Origin: the human T2T-CHM13v2.0 reference genome, Homo sapiens
Length of the DNA: 64,000 nucleotides
Strand: one strand, 5' to 3'
Assembly: GCF_009914755.1 (NCBI RefSeq)
Contig: NC_060933.1
Under the pieces are notes generated by a model. The model was not told where the DNA came from. It worked only from the letters and a program-made list of their open reading frames with translations, and searched no databases. This document shows, in pieces, positions 1-14,720 of this stretch. The position numbers were made by a program, and so were the translations under genes. Positions within the stretch are counted from its first letter, which is position 1; every line of letters starts with the position of its first letter.

Positions 1-1270
1 CAGGATCCCTGATAGGTAAATAACACTTGTTCTAAGGATTCTATGTATGAATCATAAATATCTAATGTAAAGCCCTAATATTGGGCTTCCCTGGATGTGG
101 TGACTTTGCCCTTGATGGGTTAGACCCTGGAAGCTACGTCTATGGAGTTAAGATATTTTTAAATCCTTTGAGACATGTAGCTTCTAAGATAGATCAGATC
201 CCTCACTTGCCAGAAGTAAGCCTTATTCCCTTGAGCCTGAGCTTCCTGGGGAAGGGTGGAGACAGCTCCTGGAATCTATGTAGGCAGGTGTACAGGAAAT
301 ACTTCCACTGAAAACGAATGCTTGATGCTGACCTTCTGGCAAGCTGTGATTCCTCTTTCTTTGTCCTTCTATGTAAATGTGATGTCACATGTGACCTATA
401 ATAGTCTTGTGAGGTGGAGCATATATTAGAGCCTAATAAGACCACCTCCTCTTGGATGATGACGAATTTAATGCACACGCACACATACATACAGTCTCTT
501 TCCACTGAAACACCTAGGAACAATGACTATGCCGTGAGCACAAGGTTGTGCTCTCTAAATATTCTTTCCTACTTGAAAATAAAAATATTGCTGCTTGAAA
601 AAAGGACTAATTCTAGGTTTGGGGCACAAAGTCATGCCAGGAAATCCTATACCAGAAGACAAGAAAGTTACCAAAGCTTTCAGGGATCATATCAAAAAGG
701 ACTTTAGGAGCCAACTTGAAGAAGCTCCAATGATCAAACTATTTAGAGTTTGCCTAAAACTACCCCCTGACTGAAAGATCTGGAAGGACTACGTTGGCTA
801 TTGGCTCCATGAAACCACATTAGAGTTGACCTAAAGCAACAAGCAGTTCTTGGTGTCAGCTTTGCCTCTGCATGCGTCATCCCCAGGCATCTCTGAGAAT
901 AATCTGGTCCCTAGTGTGCACCGTAAAGTTTCTTACAAAGGAATAAGAACACTGACTCTTGCTCACACAGATATGAAGGCACAATAGTACAGATGCACAT
1001 GATAGTTTCTGGAATTTCAATATAAATAATAAAAGTGTATTGAAGAAAGAAACAGACTTAGGCATCAGAAGAAATGAATTGTATCTACGATCTATCATTT
1101 TCTAGCCATTTTACTCTGAAAAGATATATCATCTCTGTGGCCCTCAGTTTCATCATCAATGAAATATAAAATTTGAATTAAGAGGATTCAAGGCATTATT
1201 TACTTCTAAATTCCATGATTTTATGTAATTAACATTATTCTAAGAAGATAACAAATATTTATCCCCAGAA

Positions 1271-1720
1271 TTCATTAGTCAGGGTTCTCTATAGGGACAG
1301 TACTAATGGAATATATATATATATGTGTGTGTGTGTATATGAGTTTATTATTAACTCACATGATTGTGAGGTCCCACAGTAGGCAGTCTGCAGGCTGAGG
1401 AGGAAGAAGAGCCAGTCCGAGTTCCAAAACTGAAGAACCTGGAGTCCATTGTTCTAGAGCAAGAAGCATCCAGTATAAGAGAAAGATGTAGGCTGGAAGG
1501 CTATGCCAGTCTCTCTTTTCACATTTTTCTGCCTGCTTATATTCTAGCCATGCTGGCAGCTGATTAGATTGTGTCTACTTAGATCAAGGGTGGGACCTCC
1601 TTTCCTAGCCCACTGACTCAAATGTTAATCTGCCTTGGCAACAACCTCACAGACACACCCAGTATCAATACTTTGTATCCTTCAATCCAATCAAGTTGAC
1701 ACTCAGTATTAACCATCACT
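1271..1720 (-). mobile_element. MLT2A-type (ERVL) solo LTR with internal (TA)/(TG) microsatellite
   Basis: Starts attagtcagggttctct and ends caatccaatcaagttgacactcagtattaaccatcac, the reverse complement of the MLT2A termini. Confidence 0.85.
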
Positions 1721-2918
1721 GCAACATGTAAGTAGGGTCAGGTCAATAAGATGGATATGAAAGTTCAAACACAATGACAAATACACTGTGGACACTCAAT
1801 ATATGGTAGGTATTATGATTATGGTGATATTTTCAAAAACTTTACTAATTTTTGTATACATTTAGATGAGAAAAAATGACAAATGCACCTACAGTTGCAG
1901 GTTCCTTCTTATCATATGTGTTGATGAAGCAATTTGTTAAATGCAAGATAGACACAGGGCTTTCTCTTATTCCTAGATTATATGATTATATATATATATG
2001 GTATGCCATTGATTAAATAACACTATTTTACTGAGAGAAAAATAAAAATATACTTACATTTATTTATTTAATCAATCACTGGCTTCTCTGATTTATTATT
2101 AGAAAAATATGACAAAATCTAATATTCTATCTTCCAATTTTTTGAAAATCTTAAATGAGGCTTGATCTGTAATTAAATAATTCATAATTATATATTAATG
2201 AGCTTGAATTGGTTATTTTTTCAACTATAAAAGAAAAACTTATGCATTGCACAAAGACATTTTTAAAGTTAGTAGCTCTTCAGAAGGGAAGCTTTATGAA
2301 ATTTCAAATTTTTTGTTTTAAATTTGATATAAAATGAATTTATTTATTTTATATTTAAAAATAATGTAACTTGGGCCATAAAAATTATAATGCTAGAAAA
2401 TAAACACTAGATTTATCAATGTTATGGAAAAGTGCAACTTGCCAGTGTGTATGGTTACTTTTATATGCAGAAAAACTAACCTTTAAAAATTGATCAAGCA
2501 TGCTATTTACTGCAGATTTTTCTTAAAAGCTCGTAAGATTTATGTATGTCAGTATTTCTTATATTGTAAAGAAACATTGCATCTGACGTTAATTTCTAGT
2601 ACGTGGTATTTTAACTAGGTTATTGTTAAATAATTTAACTAGTTAAATTTGTCTATGAACAGTTACATCTGAATGACATAAACAGACCCTTTAACCAAAA
2701 AAAAAAGTGACATTACTAAAAACTGGTAGGCTGTTATTACAATAGACTTTATTAAAAATAATCAGTGGGAATATACTGAAATGTGCACCTTCTAGTTCAG
2801 AGCAATGTTTAAAGAAATCTAAAAACATTGTGCATCTGTCTAAAATGAATGATATGATAATATCTCTTGCTTCGTTATTATAAATAAGTGGATATACTTT
2901 TAATACCTTAAGGTAAGT

Positions 2919-3065
2919 TGCCCGTGTGTGGTGGCTAACGCCTGTAATCCCAGTATGTGGAAGGCCGAGGTCAGCAGATTGCTTGAGCTCAGGAGTTTGA
3001 GACCAGCCTGGGCAATATGGCGAAACTCATCTCTAGAAAATAGAATAAAATAAAAAGGAAAAAAA
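2919..3065 (+). mobile_element. FLAM_C / free left Alu monomer
   Basis: Single left monomer (gcctgtaatccc...ttgagctcaggagtttgagaccagcctgggcaa) with A-rich tail; gtaagtt on both flanks. Confidence 0.85.
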
Positions 3066-5911
3066 GTGTAAGTTCATGGGGAAGTGAGCTACAGTTTGTA
3101 TCATGGTTAACCATACATATGAGGAGCCTGGTTTCATTAGATCATACACTTCTTATGGGAAAGTGAAGCCTTTTTTTTGGTAATAATTCTCTTTTTTTGT
3201 GTAATTTCTTCCTTTTGTAGATTTATGTCTGCAAAGGTAAATTTTACTTAATTCAAACATAAAATGTGCCAAAATTGTGTTCCGTCTTTTTGACAGTATA
3301 TATGTCCTGTGTCTGTGTTAGTGAATGTTTTCCTGGGAGTAACATCTTTATCTCTGCATTCTTGTACATTCATAGCCAAGAGCATTCTTGATAAGAAGAA
3401 AGGGAAAGAGAAGAAATAAAAGGGAGGAAGAAAGGAAGGAAAAGAGGAGAAAAAGACAGCTGTGGTATCAGTGATAACAACAGCTTCTGTTTGTATGTGA
3501 AGAAACAATTTGTGTTAAAATTATACTAGTTGCCTTGAATATAATACATAATTTTACATAATCCTAATGGCAATTCTGTGATATAGGTGTTAATATCCCA
3601 TTTTTATAGATTAAGAAGATAAGGGTTAAAGGGTTTAATATAGTTCCCTGAGCTGACAGAGACAGTCAGCTGTTTTATTCCATAGATATTTTTACACATA
3701 TACTCTCCATTTTTTATATCATCTCTTATAAAATTAGATTGTTTTATCTGATTGTTTTGGATGGGTGTAGGAAATAATCTGATTAAATAATTAATACATA
3801 TAAAAAAAGTCATGACCTAAAAAGAGCAGAAATACTTAATTACCTAATCTAAATTGTGTGCTTCAGGCTGGATAATTTGACAGGAATAACCATCTTTCAA
3901 TTATATCAACAATATTAAACTAGGGATGCAACTTTTTATGAAATCTGCTGATCACTTGTGAAGACATATGTTACTAATGATGCACTGGCTTGCCAACTTG
4001 TTTGAAAATGATTAAATAAAGTGTTTTCATGAATACCTTAAATTAAGAGGATATAGAAAATGTATTTGAAGAATCTGAATTGAGTGGAAACATATTTAGT
4101 TGATGACTCATTTGGTGGATATCATGTCACCATGGATTCATTTCTTTACTCTTCTTTTGATAAAGCAGGGTTCATAATGTATATCTTTTGGAAGTACATT
4201 ATCTATCAATAAATCTACACATACATTTGAATGTCAAATTTCTCATTAAAATCACGTGGGTGATCTTTGGATTTCTCTTATAAACATATGCTCAAATACA
4301 TAGTTTTGATCTTCCCCTAAGTAATTCAGGGTGCTACTAATCTACACTTCCTTCCTGACTGAAAAATACTTGTAGACACTATCAGAAAAACCACCATTTT
4401 CCTCATTGTTTATCCTCAGACAACATTGTATATGAATGTTTTAACAAACCTGTGATTCTTTTTAATTTTCTAGCTACAGCAAGGAAACCAGGTCATCAGG
4501 AATGTACCAATTACATAAGCAAACCTCCCTCTGTGCATTGATTCCTTTCAAGAAACCTTTTCCTATTGAAAGAATGTTTTCCCTCTATATTTAAAAAGTG
4601 TGAGGATGACATTTTGTAGCCCATCACAGACGACCCTTTGCTGGGCTTTCCCCACAGGATGTAATCTGGGCTATGTTTATTTATAAAAAGCCTTAGTCTA
4701 AATCTATATAAGCAATTGGCAGCCGGGCTAGATGCTGTCAGCTTGTCTCCTGGGATTTTTTGCTTCAAAACTTAAATACCTTGGCATTGAAGTTGCAATA
4801 ATGTTACCAATACCTCACACTTGATTAGAAGTGTATACTCCCTGGGGCTCATGGTCAAGAATTTAGACCTTTCTCCAGCTTTCCCTTGGCATTATGATCA
4901 ACTTGAGAGAATAGTTTCTCTTTCTGGTAGTTTCAAAAAATAAAAATAAAGTGAAAGGTGCTGTTTAAATGGAGACAGTAAAAAGCATTTTGACACATTC
5001 CTATCAGGCCTCCTCACATTTCACCAGATGCAAGGTGTTTCTCCACAGTTTTCTATTTCCAGAATCTTCTCTGACTTCAAAACCCTGTACTCTGTGTGGA
5101 CATTATTGTATGAGTGCATTGCAGCCTGCTTTGTTCATGTTCCTTCCAAGTGGTTTCTTTTATATTATCTATGTAGGACTTTGGATTTGATCTCAAAAAA
5201 ATGTTCTATTTGGGACAAATATTTTAGAACTTTAAAAAATATATGTTTTCAGATGAAAAGTGGAGGCTAAGAAAAATTAGGTAATGTCCTCAATATTCAT
5301 TAGCTAATTCTTGCTAGGCCACTGAGATAAGAGACTCCCATCTTCTGTGGTTTCTAATTTTGGCAGATCAGCTAGTCTGCTCAGGCCCTCATACTCAGTT
5401 TACAAAGTTTATTCTCATCTGCATAAATTTCCCATTAGCACCTGGTTTCTGTGTCTACCACGAATAGAGAAGCTTAGCACCAATATCTCTAGACTCTAGG
5501 CAAAAACATTCTAAAGTTTCTTAGCATCTTTGAAGGGCAAAAATGAAGCTCAACCAGACTACTTAGAAGCTATGTATGGTTCTTAATCCTGGATATGATC
5601 AGGGAATTCAGACAAAGCGAAAGTCACAGCAGTGTTTTGAAGCCAAACCAATTTTGATTCAATGACAGCTCTGTGCCTTGTCTAGCACTGTGATGTGAAA
5701 ACCTCCTCAAGATCTTTGTTCACAAATTCTATATCTCTCCCCAATCATCTGTGATATATATGGTTTTAAAAATAAGAAATAGAAATTTTTGCCTACTTTA
5801 AGATAAGAGTAGTTTGAAAGGCAAGCAGTTAACAGACGATACGTTGATTTTCAACCATTTGCTTATCTGACCTCATGTCCTTTACCATCATCATTTGGTC
5901 TCATTCACAAA

Positions 5912-6939
5912 GACGGGTCCAAAGCCGATCTCTTGTACCAAACAGTCAAGTTGTGGAAGCAAAGGAAGAATACTTGAAGAAAATTAAAAACGCTATTCCA
6001 GTGAATGAAAAGAAAGCAAAGCAGCCTTCTTGCTGATTGACAGGGAGAAAGTTGTAGTAGTTTTCATAGAGGATCAAACCAGTCACATTTCCTTAAGCCA
6101 AAGCCTAACCCAGAGTAAGTTCTTAAATCTCTTCAATTTTATGAAGGCTGAGAGAGGTGGGAACGCTGCAGAAGAAAAGTTGGAAACTAGCTGAGATTGG
6201 TTCATGAGGATTAAGGAAAGAAGCCATTTTCAAAACACAAAAGTATAAAGTGAAGCAGCAAATTATGATGTATTATAGAAGTTTCACAATGTTATCCAGA
6301 AGATCTAGCTAAGATCATTGATGAAAATCCAGATCATTTTTTAGTGGCTACACTAAACAAAAGGTTTCAATGTAGAGAAAACAGCCTTGCATTGAAAGAA
6401 GGTGCCATCTAGAACTTTCCTAGCTAGAGAGAAATTAATGTCTGGCTTCAAAATATGGTCTGACTCTCTCGTTAGTACTAATGCGGCTGGTAACCATAAG
6501 TTGAAGCCAATGTTCATTTACCATTATGAATATCCTAGGGCCCCTGGGAATTATGCTAAATCTACTCTGCCTGTGCTGTATAAATGTAACAATGAGGCCT
6601 GGATGGCAGCCTGTCAGTTGTCAGCATGGTTTACTAAACATTTTTAGCCCACTGTTGAAACCTACTGCTCGGAAAAAAAAAAAAAAAAAAAAAAAGAGTC
6701 GTTTCAAACTATTATAGCTCATGATTATTAGCACTGTTTATCAAAAATTATTTTTAAATTTAGCTATGCATATGTTTTTTAGACTTAATGCTATTATATA
6801 CTTAATACACTACAGTATGGTATAGATGAAACTTTATATTCACTGGGAAACCAAAAGTTTTATGTGACTCACTTTATTCCAACATTGCTTTATTGCACTG
6901 GTCTGAAACCAAATCTGTAATATCTCTGTGGTATGCCCA
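5912..6939 (+). mobile_element. Tigger1 (pogo-like DNA transposon), 5'-truncated and internally deleted, degenerate transposase
   Basis: Transposase remnants (MPSRTFLAREK, KLKPMFIYH, AWMAA...WF); jump to the 3' end near 6720; 3' TIR-like tatctctgtggtatgccca followed by TA. Confidence 0.9.
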
Positions 6940-6944
6940 TATTT

Positions 6945-9069
6945 GATTTTGAGAAGTTGTCAAAAAATGTCAAAAGATTTAAAATATTTGCTTAAGATAG
7001 TATCACCAATGACTGTGAACAATAGTCATTCATTTAACCAATGTGATAATTTAAAGGCTTCGAAGGTAAATTCAGAAAGTTACATATTGTAGAAAAACCC
7101 TATTTAATAAAGAGGACTATTTTCTTAAGTGATCAAAAACTAATAAAGACAACATGAATCACAGGATATGATCTTGGTAAAACAGGACTTTTGTTTGCTA
7201 GGGCAATTACCAGAAAAGTAAACAAAAGCCTTATGCATTTTTTTTAATTCATAGTAGACCAATATTCCAAGAAAACCTTGCTGTTTTAACAGAACCTAAT
7301 TCCAGTTTTGCATCTGTGTACTTTTGATATTAATGCTCAACTTTTAGCAAAACTTACAGTTCATTTTAAACTTAGCCAGCTTGATCATATTAACATTTTT
7401 CCTAAGAACCCTGTTCTGCAAACGTTTTACAGCTGTCTTAAATCCATTCATTAATTCTTAATCCTTAGTGACCTTAATTTTCAGTGAACACCAAGAAGCA
7501 AGCAATTGTGAAATGTCTGTCATACTAGCAATCTGTGGATTGGAAAATGTGTGAATCATAATTTCTTGAAGCGTATGCTTTCTCATAGTATAATTTGTTG
7601 ATATGGCATAGTACATGTTTAGTAAGAATCCCAAATATATTTTTAGTCTGTCTGTAATAAAAACTATGGAGGAGACAAAATCTTATCTGTTTTCTCAAGG
7701 CTTTTTTTTTTTTTTTTGGCCTCTAGACCTTCATTGTGTATACAAACTTCCTTCAGCCTCAACTTTCCATCCTTGATTATATGTGATAAGAATGTTAAAC
7801 CTTCTGATATAGAGAGGCCTTTTTTTTCACAGAAATTTTAAAATCTTACTTACGTCTACTTAACTCACTTATTTATTAACAATTACGCTTGGACTGCTTA
7901 TGAAGATGAGACATCAAAACGTTGCCATTATCTTATTTTTCTTGCTGATAAATTTTGTAATATAAAGATAACATTTACTAATTTTACTAATAAATCCAGG
8001 TAGGAAAAGTTGTGTATCTGTATTACATTTAATACTGACAATTATGAAGATATGACTATATTAATCAAATCAAAAATATTCTTAAATACCAAAGATTTCT
8101 CAAGACACATGAACTTGAAAAGCATTTGGGTTAGTTCTTATTTTGCAGAGGAAATAATTTATGTGTTTATTTTTCTTTAAGCCAATTAAATAGATCTCAT
8201 TTACAATCTAATTTTGGCAGTATCATATGAAGATAAAAAATATCACACATATATCACATATAGAAGCATACAAAATTGTAACTATGTGCCAAGTACATTA
8301 ATATAAAACTCAATAATTTATTAAAGAATATCTAAATCCAAATCATTTTTCTCTGGCTGGTTAAATAGGTTTTTTGGTTTTGTTTGCTTGTTTGTTTGCT
8401 TTTCCCAGATGGCTAAAGCTTTAGACTAATATGTGTGAAAAAGTCTTTTAAGATTTTTTTTATTTGCCCTCTGTAAAGAACCTTTTAAAGCGCCAGTATT
8501 TGATTCATTCAATCTTTTAGATGTCTCTTTGTACCAATTAAAGAATGCATCTCATTGCTTTTGTTGTGTTTTAGATCTTTTCTTTTCTAAAGTATCTTGC
8601 AAGTTAACAATTTTATTTGGGTTAAAACTTTGCCACTGTGTTCACTGTAATTCCACCTTGTTCTTATTAAGGTTAACTCAGTTTTCAAACAATGAACAGG
8701 TTCTGGGACCAGAATTTTTATGCATAAACTTAGCTGATGTCTCAATCTCCTGGAGTCTGAAACTCCTTCAATTTGGAGGAATTCAGTTTCAAAAGGTATT
8801 TACCTGGCTCTAACTGACAGAATCTAATCAAGTTAATTTTTGGATTCAATTTAATCCTGGACCTAGTCCAGTAACAATTGCTCAAATCAAGTTGGAGACT
8901 TCAAATCACAAATTTGTGGAGCTCAAATCTGTTAGCAAACTCATTCATGACCTCCAGTTGATGTGAGAGATCAATGGGCAAAATGGGCCCTAGAGGGTAC
9001 CTTCATTTGCTCACTTGGTGCTCCTGGAGGTCAGTAGAGGTCTTCAGATCCCGCTTTTTAATGCCAAAC
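6945..9069 (-). mobile_element. MER4-group ERV1 internal region (MER31-int-like), non-coding remnant
   Basis: Abuts the LTR at 9070; degenerate tRNA-Leu PBS (minus strand tggcattaaaaagcgggatc vs TGGTGTCAGAAGTGGGAT) at 9047-9066; left boundary approximate. Confidence 0.65.
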
Positions 9070-9462
9070 TGTTAAAAGAAAAACTTTAGACACATTAAAT
9101 TTTGCATAATTTATTTGAGCGAATAACGATCCATAAATTAGGAAACGCAGCGAACCAGGAGAGCTAGTTCAACCAGCAAAATGGGCAGGTGATATTCACA
9201 CAGAAAGAAAAGATGTAACTTATACCAACAATTTGATTGGTTACAGTTCAGCATTTGCCTTATTTGGGTGTAGTCTGATCAGTTGGAAGCCTGTGACTAG
9301 CTGAAGTTTGGCTGATGTGATTGGCCAACACTCATCTGCTTTTTATAAGAACATTGTCTTAAGTTGTAGTTTATTTACATACTAAGTCAGGTTGTCATTC
9401 ACTATGTAGGAATTCGAAGTACAGAGGCAGTTTTAGGCCAAGTTGTTTTATTTAATTTGACA
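9070..9462 (-). mobile_element. MER31/MER67-type ERV1 5' LTR
   Basis: TG...CA termini (tgttaaaagaaaaacttt ... tttaatttgaca); ttgattggttacagttcagcatttgccttattt block typical of the family. Confidence 0.75.
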
Positions 9463-10990
9463 ATATCAAATATTTAGCAGTCTTTTCATCCATCAATGAA
9501 TAATGCAATATAAAATTTTTATATTCAGACTATAAAATGCATTATCTTCATTAAGTTATTTTACATGGATTCACAAGAATAGAATAAAATACTTCGAAAG
9601 TGCAAAAAAATAGTGTACTGAGCTTTAGTTAGCATTTTTGTTTTTAATATTTTTATTTTTGCCCCTTAGAAAAATGTATGCAAAACTAACTCCATTTAGA
9701 AGAACAACATGCATATTAAGTAAGCTACACATTGAGGAATCTCAACATAATCTGAATTAAAGTCATAGAATCATACATTGAGCAAGGATTTGGGGTATTA
9801 ATTTTATCCATTTACTCATTTAACAGAATTTTACTGAGGGTCTCCTGTAATCAGGCATTTTACAAAGGTGAGCAAACAGAGCAAGTCCCTGTCCTGTCGA
9901 CATAGTGTCTAGTCTATATAAATATAGCGTGTATACCTATTGTTCTCTCTTTAATAATATATATGCTTATCTCTGTGTGGCAGGGCATGCATATATGTAG
10001 GTATTAGTGCATTTAATTTGTCTTAATTTTATAATATAATAGATGTTCTAGCTAAGTCCAAACTGCAACTTAACTTTGATTAATTAGAAAACAATTCTAA
10101 CCACAGTATCTATTTGAATGAGTCAATATACACATGGATTTTAGTTTTTTAACTACAGCAAGAAGAAGATGGGTAGGTTAAGATGCCCTGAGCTAGAGTA
10201 TACAGTGATAAATGGGCCTGGATAGACAAAATTGGGGAATATCTGAAATAACAAATAATCATATAATAAGTAAACCATGAAGAAGTATTGGGATTTGATC
10301 TGAGAGTAATAGTGAATGATTTTGAATTTTTAATGGAGTGGGACTGTCTTCATGAGGTTTGAATTTTTAGAAAGACTATAGTGCAAATTAGGCATATAAT
10401 ACAAAAATTAAAAAAGGAGACATTGAGACAAGGAAAGTGAGTTTTAAATACTTTTTTCAGGCAATGTGGAAGTAGCCCCAAGTGCTTATAAAACCTAATG
10501 ATAGACATTTTTGGATACATAAACAGATAATTTTAAAATAGTAAATTAATTTATATATCTCTAACTACTAATGGCATATGACATCATAGTTAATATGTCT
10601 ACTTGTTATAGAAAAAGGGCATATATTCATACACATACATTATATTTTCTTGGTTTTGTAGGTTATCTCATAGCTGGATTTTCTTTAATGTTAGAGGCAT
10701 TGATTTAGAGAGTTGCAGACTTATACTACCATTGTGTGGTTGCTTTTCAATGGTTATTTCAAATGTAATATTTTCTTATGCTGTAATTACAACTTCTTAG
10801 AGTACATTCCTATTTGAGACGTATCTGATTACCACTAGGGTTGAAGCAATACTAAAATTGTATTCTCTTTCAACCAAAAAAGAAGAAAAAGAGTTCTGTC
10901 TAGGGATAGTGCTTTTAGAACCTGATATGAAAGGAAACAACTGCATGAAATCACAGCAAAGCTTGTGAGTTGGATTACAGTCCAGACAAA

Positions 10991-11054
10991 GACATCAAAC
11001 AATCTAAAGAATTTGCTTCTGACATCAAACATTCTAAAGAAAGAATTTGCTTCT
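10991..11054. repeat. 30-bp tandem duplication
   Basis: gacatcaaacaatctaaagaatttgcttct repeated, second copy with one substitution and an extra aaga. Confidence 0.9.
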
Positions 11055-11332
11055 GCCACAGTTCAGAAACTTTTCTACTATTTAGAGTGACCTACACTGA
11101 AGTTTTAAAATTAATTCTGGGAAAATAATATGTATAGTCTTCCATGATATTCTTTATCAGGCTGCCCATTGCCAAAATTATCAGCTAGTCAAATTTGTCT
11201 TTGAGATTTTGTGTCTTATCTCAATTGTCTATTGGAGTCTTTATCCATCAGCCCCAGGAAGCATGCAGGGACATCATGACAGTGCCTGGAAACCCTGCTA
11301 TCACCTCTTGGATCTCTCTCTGTCTCATTGTG

Positions 11333-11459
11333 TTTTCTTTTGTGGAGATGGTTCTCACTATGTTGTCCAGGCTGGTCTTGGACTCTTGGGCTCAAGAAAT
11401 CTTTCCGGCTCAGTCTTCCAAAGTGCTGGGATTACAGTCATGAGCCACCATGCCTGGCC
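11333..11459 (-). mobile_element. FLAM_C / AluJ left monomer
   Basis: ctcactatgttgtccaggctggtcttggactcttgggctcaag...gagccaccatgcctggcc. Confidence 0.85.
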
Positions 11460-13321
11460 TGGATTTCTCACTTGAGGCAGAACCTCACAAAAAGGAGCTT
11501 CCTGGCTTCTGGCCTGAAATAAACCATATTTGCTACCTTTTTCTTAGACCCAATTACCTCTTAGTTGGCAGATAATAAATAGATCTATTAATGCTTATAT
11601 GATTATATCAAGACAATCAAATTACTATATCAAGACCTGGAAACAGAGCCAAATTACTTATTCATTGTAGATTATACATCACATTAAACACAGCATAAAT
11701 CTTTTCATGCAATTGTACAAATGACTTCTAATAGGGAGAAGTTACCCTGAAAAAAATCATTTTGGCAGGGGTCCTTTTCAATGTCTGTTTTATCACACCC
11801 CATCTTATTACTTATTCCTCCCAGTCCCACTTACAGAGTTCTCTAAAATATGCACAAAGATATGCCTGTTAAATTAATGCAATATTTGAGCTTTCTGTTT
11901 GTTTCCTATTTATTTTTATCACTTTTTCTCCCCTTATCTAGTCTTTTATATCTCATTCTCATTTTTTCTATTTATCCACCCAGATTATTGAAATAGCAAT
12001 ACTAACAGTAATAGCAAATAGAAATACTAAATAGTAAATAGAAATCGTAATCGCAAATCTAATCCCTGGTGTTTTTCTATTTTTTTATATTGTAATACAA
12101 TATTGTAGATAATTGGCATTAATATAATCGTATTTGTAGATGAAATAAAAAGTGGCATTTTTAATTTTATTTGACTTATAGCTGATACAGGAAAGTAGAC
12201 TATAGATAATCACACAGAAAAAGTACAATTTTAAAAATCCTTCAGACATGAGTATTACATTTTTATGTTCTCAAAGGATTATCTTAATATCTGATACATA
12301 TCAGGTATCCATCTCTTTGTCTCTGTCTCTCTCTCTCTCTCTCACTCATACACACACAAACATGCGCACACACTGTAATTCTTGCCATAAATAAAAAGTG
12401 GTTATGACAGCTGACATAAAAATGTCTAAGTCTCTAAACCTTTAATGAAGAAATACTCTCATAACATTCTAGAACAATTTTATGCTATTTTTATCTCTTA
12501 TATCCAATAAATGATCAATGCCTTAAGCCAAATCTTCAAACTGTCCGTTGATACCCCACAATCCAGATCACTATTATTGATGACCTGGACTACTATATTT
12601 GCTTCTCCAGTGGCTGCCCCCACCTATCTTCTACAGGGCAGCCAGATAAGTCTTCAAAACATGTATCAGATTACTCACTCCACAGCATAAAACTCTTCAG
12701 TTGCTCTCATTACACTTCACATAATAGCCAAAGATTTAAATTAACTCCACAGAAGAATCTAAACAAATTAGCCTCTAACTTGCTTTCTGAAATAATCTTC
12801 TTCCCACATGTGCCTTAAAATTGACTTTTCCATTTTCCCTCTTTTTCTGGCTTTGCTTCAGCTTGAATATTCTCTAACAATCTGTCTTCTGGTGAACTCA
12901 TCACGTTTTCTCCTATGTCTAATATTCGATTTGAGATATTATATTTCATTCAGGAAGTTTTATATAACTTATTTTAATAAATGCGATTATCTGGTAAAGC
13001 CATCCATATGTTCATTTCTTGTGTCATTTATTTACTCTCTTTTCTTGACAAATTAATGATTATTGAAAGTATTTACCTGATAATTTCAATATCTAAATTT
13101 CTTGTGGGTCCATTTCTATTATCTCCTTTTTCTCTTGTTTTCAGTAACATATTTTCTCTTGGCATGCCTAGAAATTATTTTATTGAATGTTAGGCAGTAT
13201 TTTCAAATTTTGTAAATATCCAGATTATGTTACCTTTATTCAAGATAGTTTCATCTTTGCTGCTGCTGTGAAATTACTACTTCAATTCCATCATGTCTGG
13301 GCTAAATAAAGCCTAAGTTAA

Positions 13322-13740
<419 letters not shown>

Positions 13741-13789
13741 TAATCCATGCTTTCAATCTCTTAATTGGTATATTGGACCATTTACATTT

Positions 13790-14175
13790 TTCTTAAAAAA
13801 TTTAATTTTAATTTTTGTGAGTACATAGTAGGTATATATATTTATGAGCTATATGGAATATTTTGATGCAGGCATGCAAAGTATAACAATTACATCAGGG
13901 TAAATGGTATATCCACCTCAAGCATTTATCCTTTGTGTTACAAGCAATCCAATTATACGCTTTTAGTTATTTTTAAATGTACAATTAAATTAACATTGAC
14001 TATAGATGCACTGTTGTGCTATCAAATACCAGATTTTATTCATTCTAAATTTTTTTTTGTAACCATTAACCATCTCTTCTTTCCTTAATGTCCCTCCTAC
14101 CCTCACACTACTCTTCCCAACCTCTGGTAGCCACCATTCTACTCTCTATTTGCATGAGTTCAATTGTTTTAATGA
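13790..14175 (-). mobile_element. L1MA (L1MA1-3-like) 3' end
   Basis: gagtacatagtaggtatatatatttatg...ctcaagcatttatcctttgtgttacaa 3'UTR pattern; cat(t/c)tacattt on both flanks. Confidence 0.8.
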
Positions 14176-14264
14176 GGTCATCTACATTTAATGTAATTAT
14201 TGTTGTTAAGTCTTAATCTGCTATTTTCTGTTTGTTCCCTCTTTTTTTTTTTCTGGGCTTTTAA

Positions 14265-14720
14265 AAAACTTTCATATTATGTCAGGAGTACATGTGCAGG
14301 TTTGGTACATAGGTAAATTTGTGCCACTGTGGTTTGTTGTACAAATTATTTCATCACCCAGGTACTAAGCCTAGTACCCAAAAGTTATTATTTTTTTTTT
14401 TGCTCCCACTGTTCACCCATACATAGGCCTCAGTGTCTATCATTCCCTCTTTGTGTCCATGAGTTCTTATCGTTTAGCTCCCACTTACAAGTGAAAACAT
14501 GCAATATTTAGTTTTCTGATCCCCCATTAGTTTGCTAGGGATAATGGCCTCCAGCTCCATATACGTTCCTACAAAAGACATGATCTTGCTCTTTTTATGG
14601 CTGCATAGTATTCTATGGTGCATATATACCACAGTTTGTTTATCCAATCTGTCATTGACGGGAATTTAGGTTGATTCCATATCTTTGCTATTGTGAATAG
14701 TGGTGCAATGAACATTCACC
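14265..14720 (-). mobile_element. L1PA15/16-like 3' end
   Basis: gtacatgtgcaggtttg...tttcatcacccaggtactaagcctagtaccc...ataatggcctccagctccat. Confidence 0.85.

Noticed and set aside
3750-4250. Possible CR1/L3 RT fragment
   Set aside because: Similarity too weak to support by eye.
6402-6647. 81-aa ORF as a TIGD1-like domesticated gene
   Set aside because: Fragment of a decayed, internally deleted Tigger1 with stops and frameshifts on both sides.
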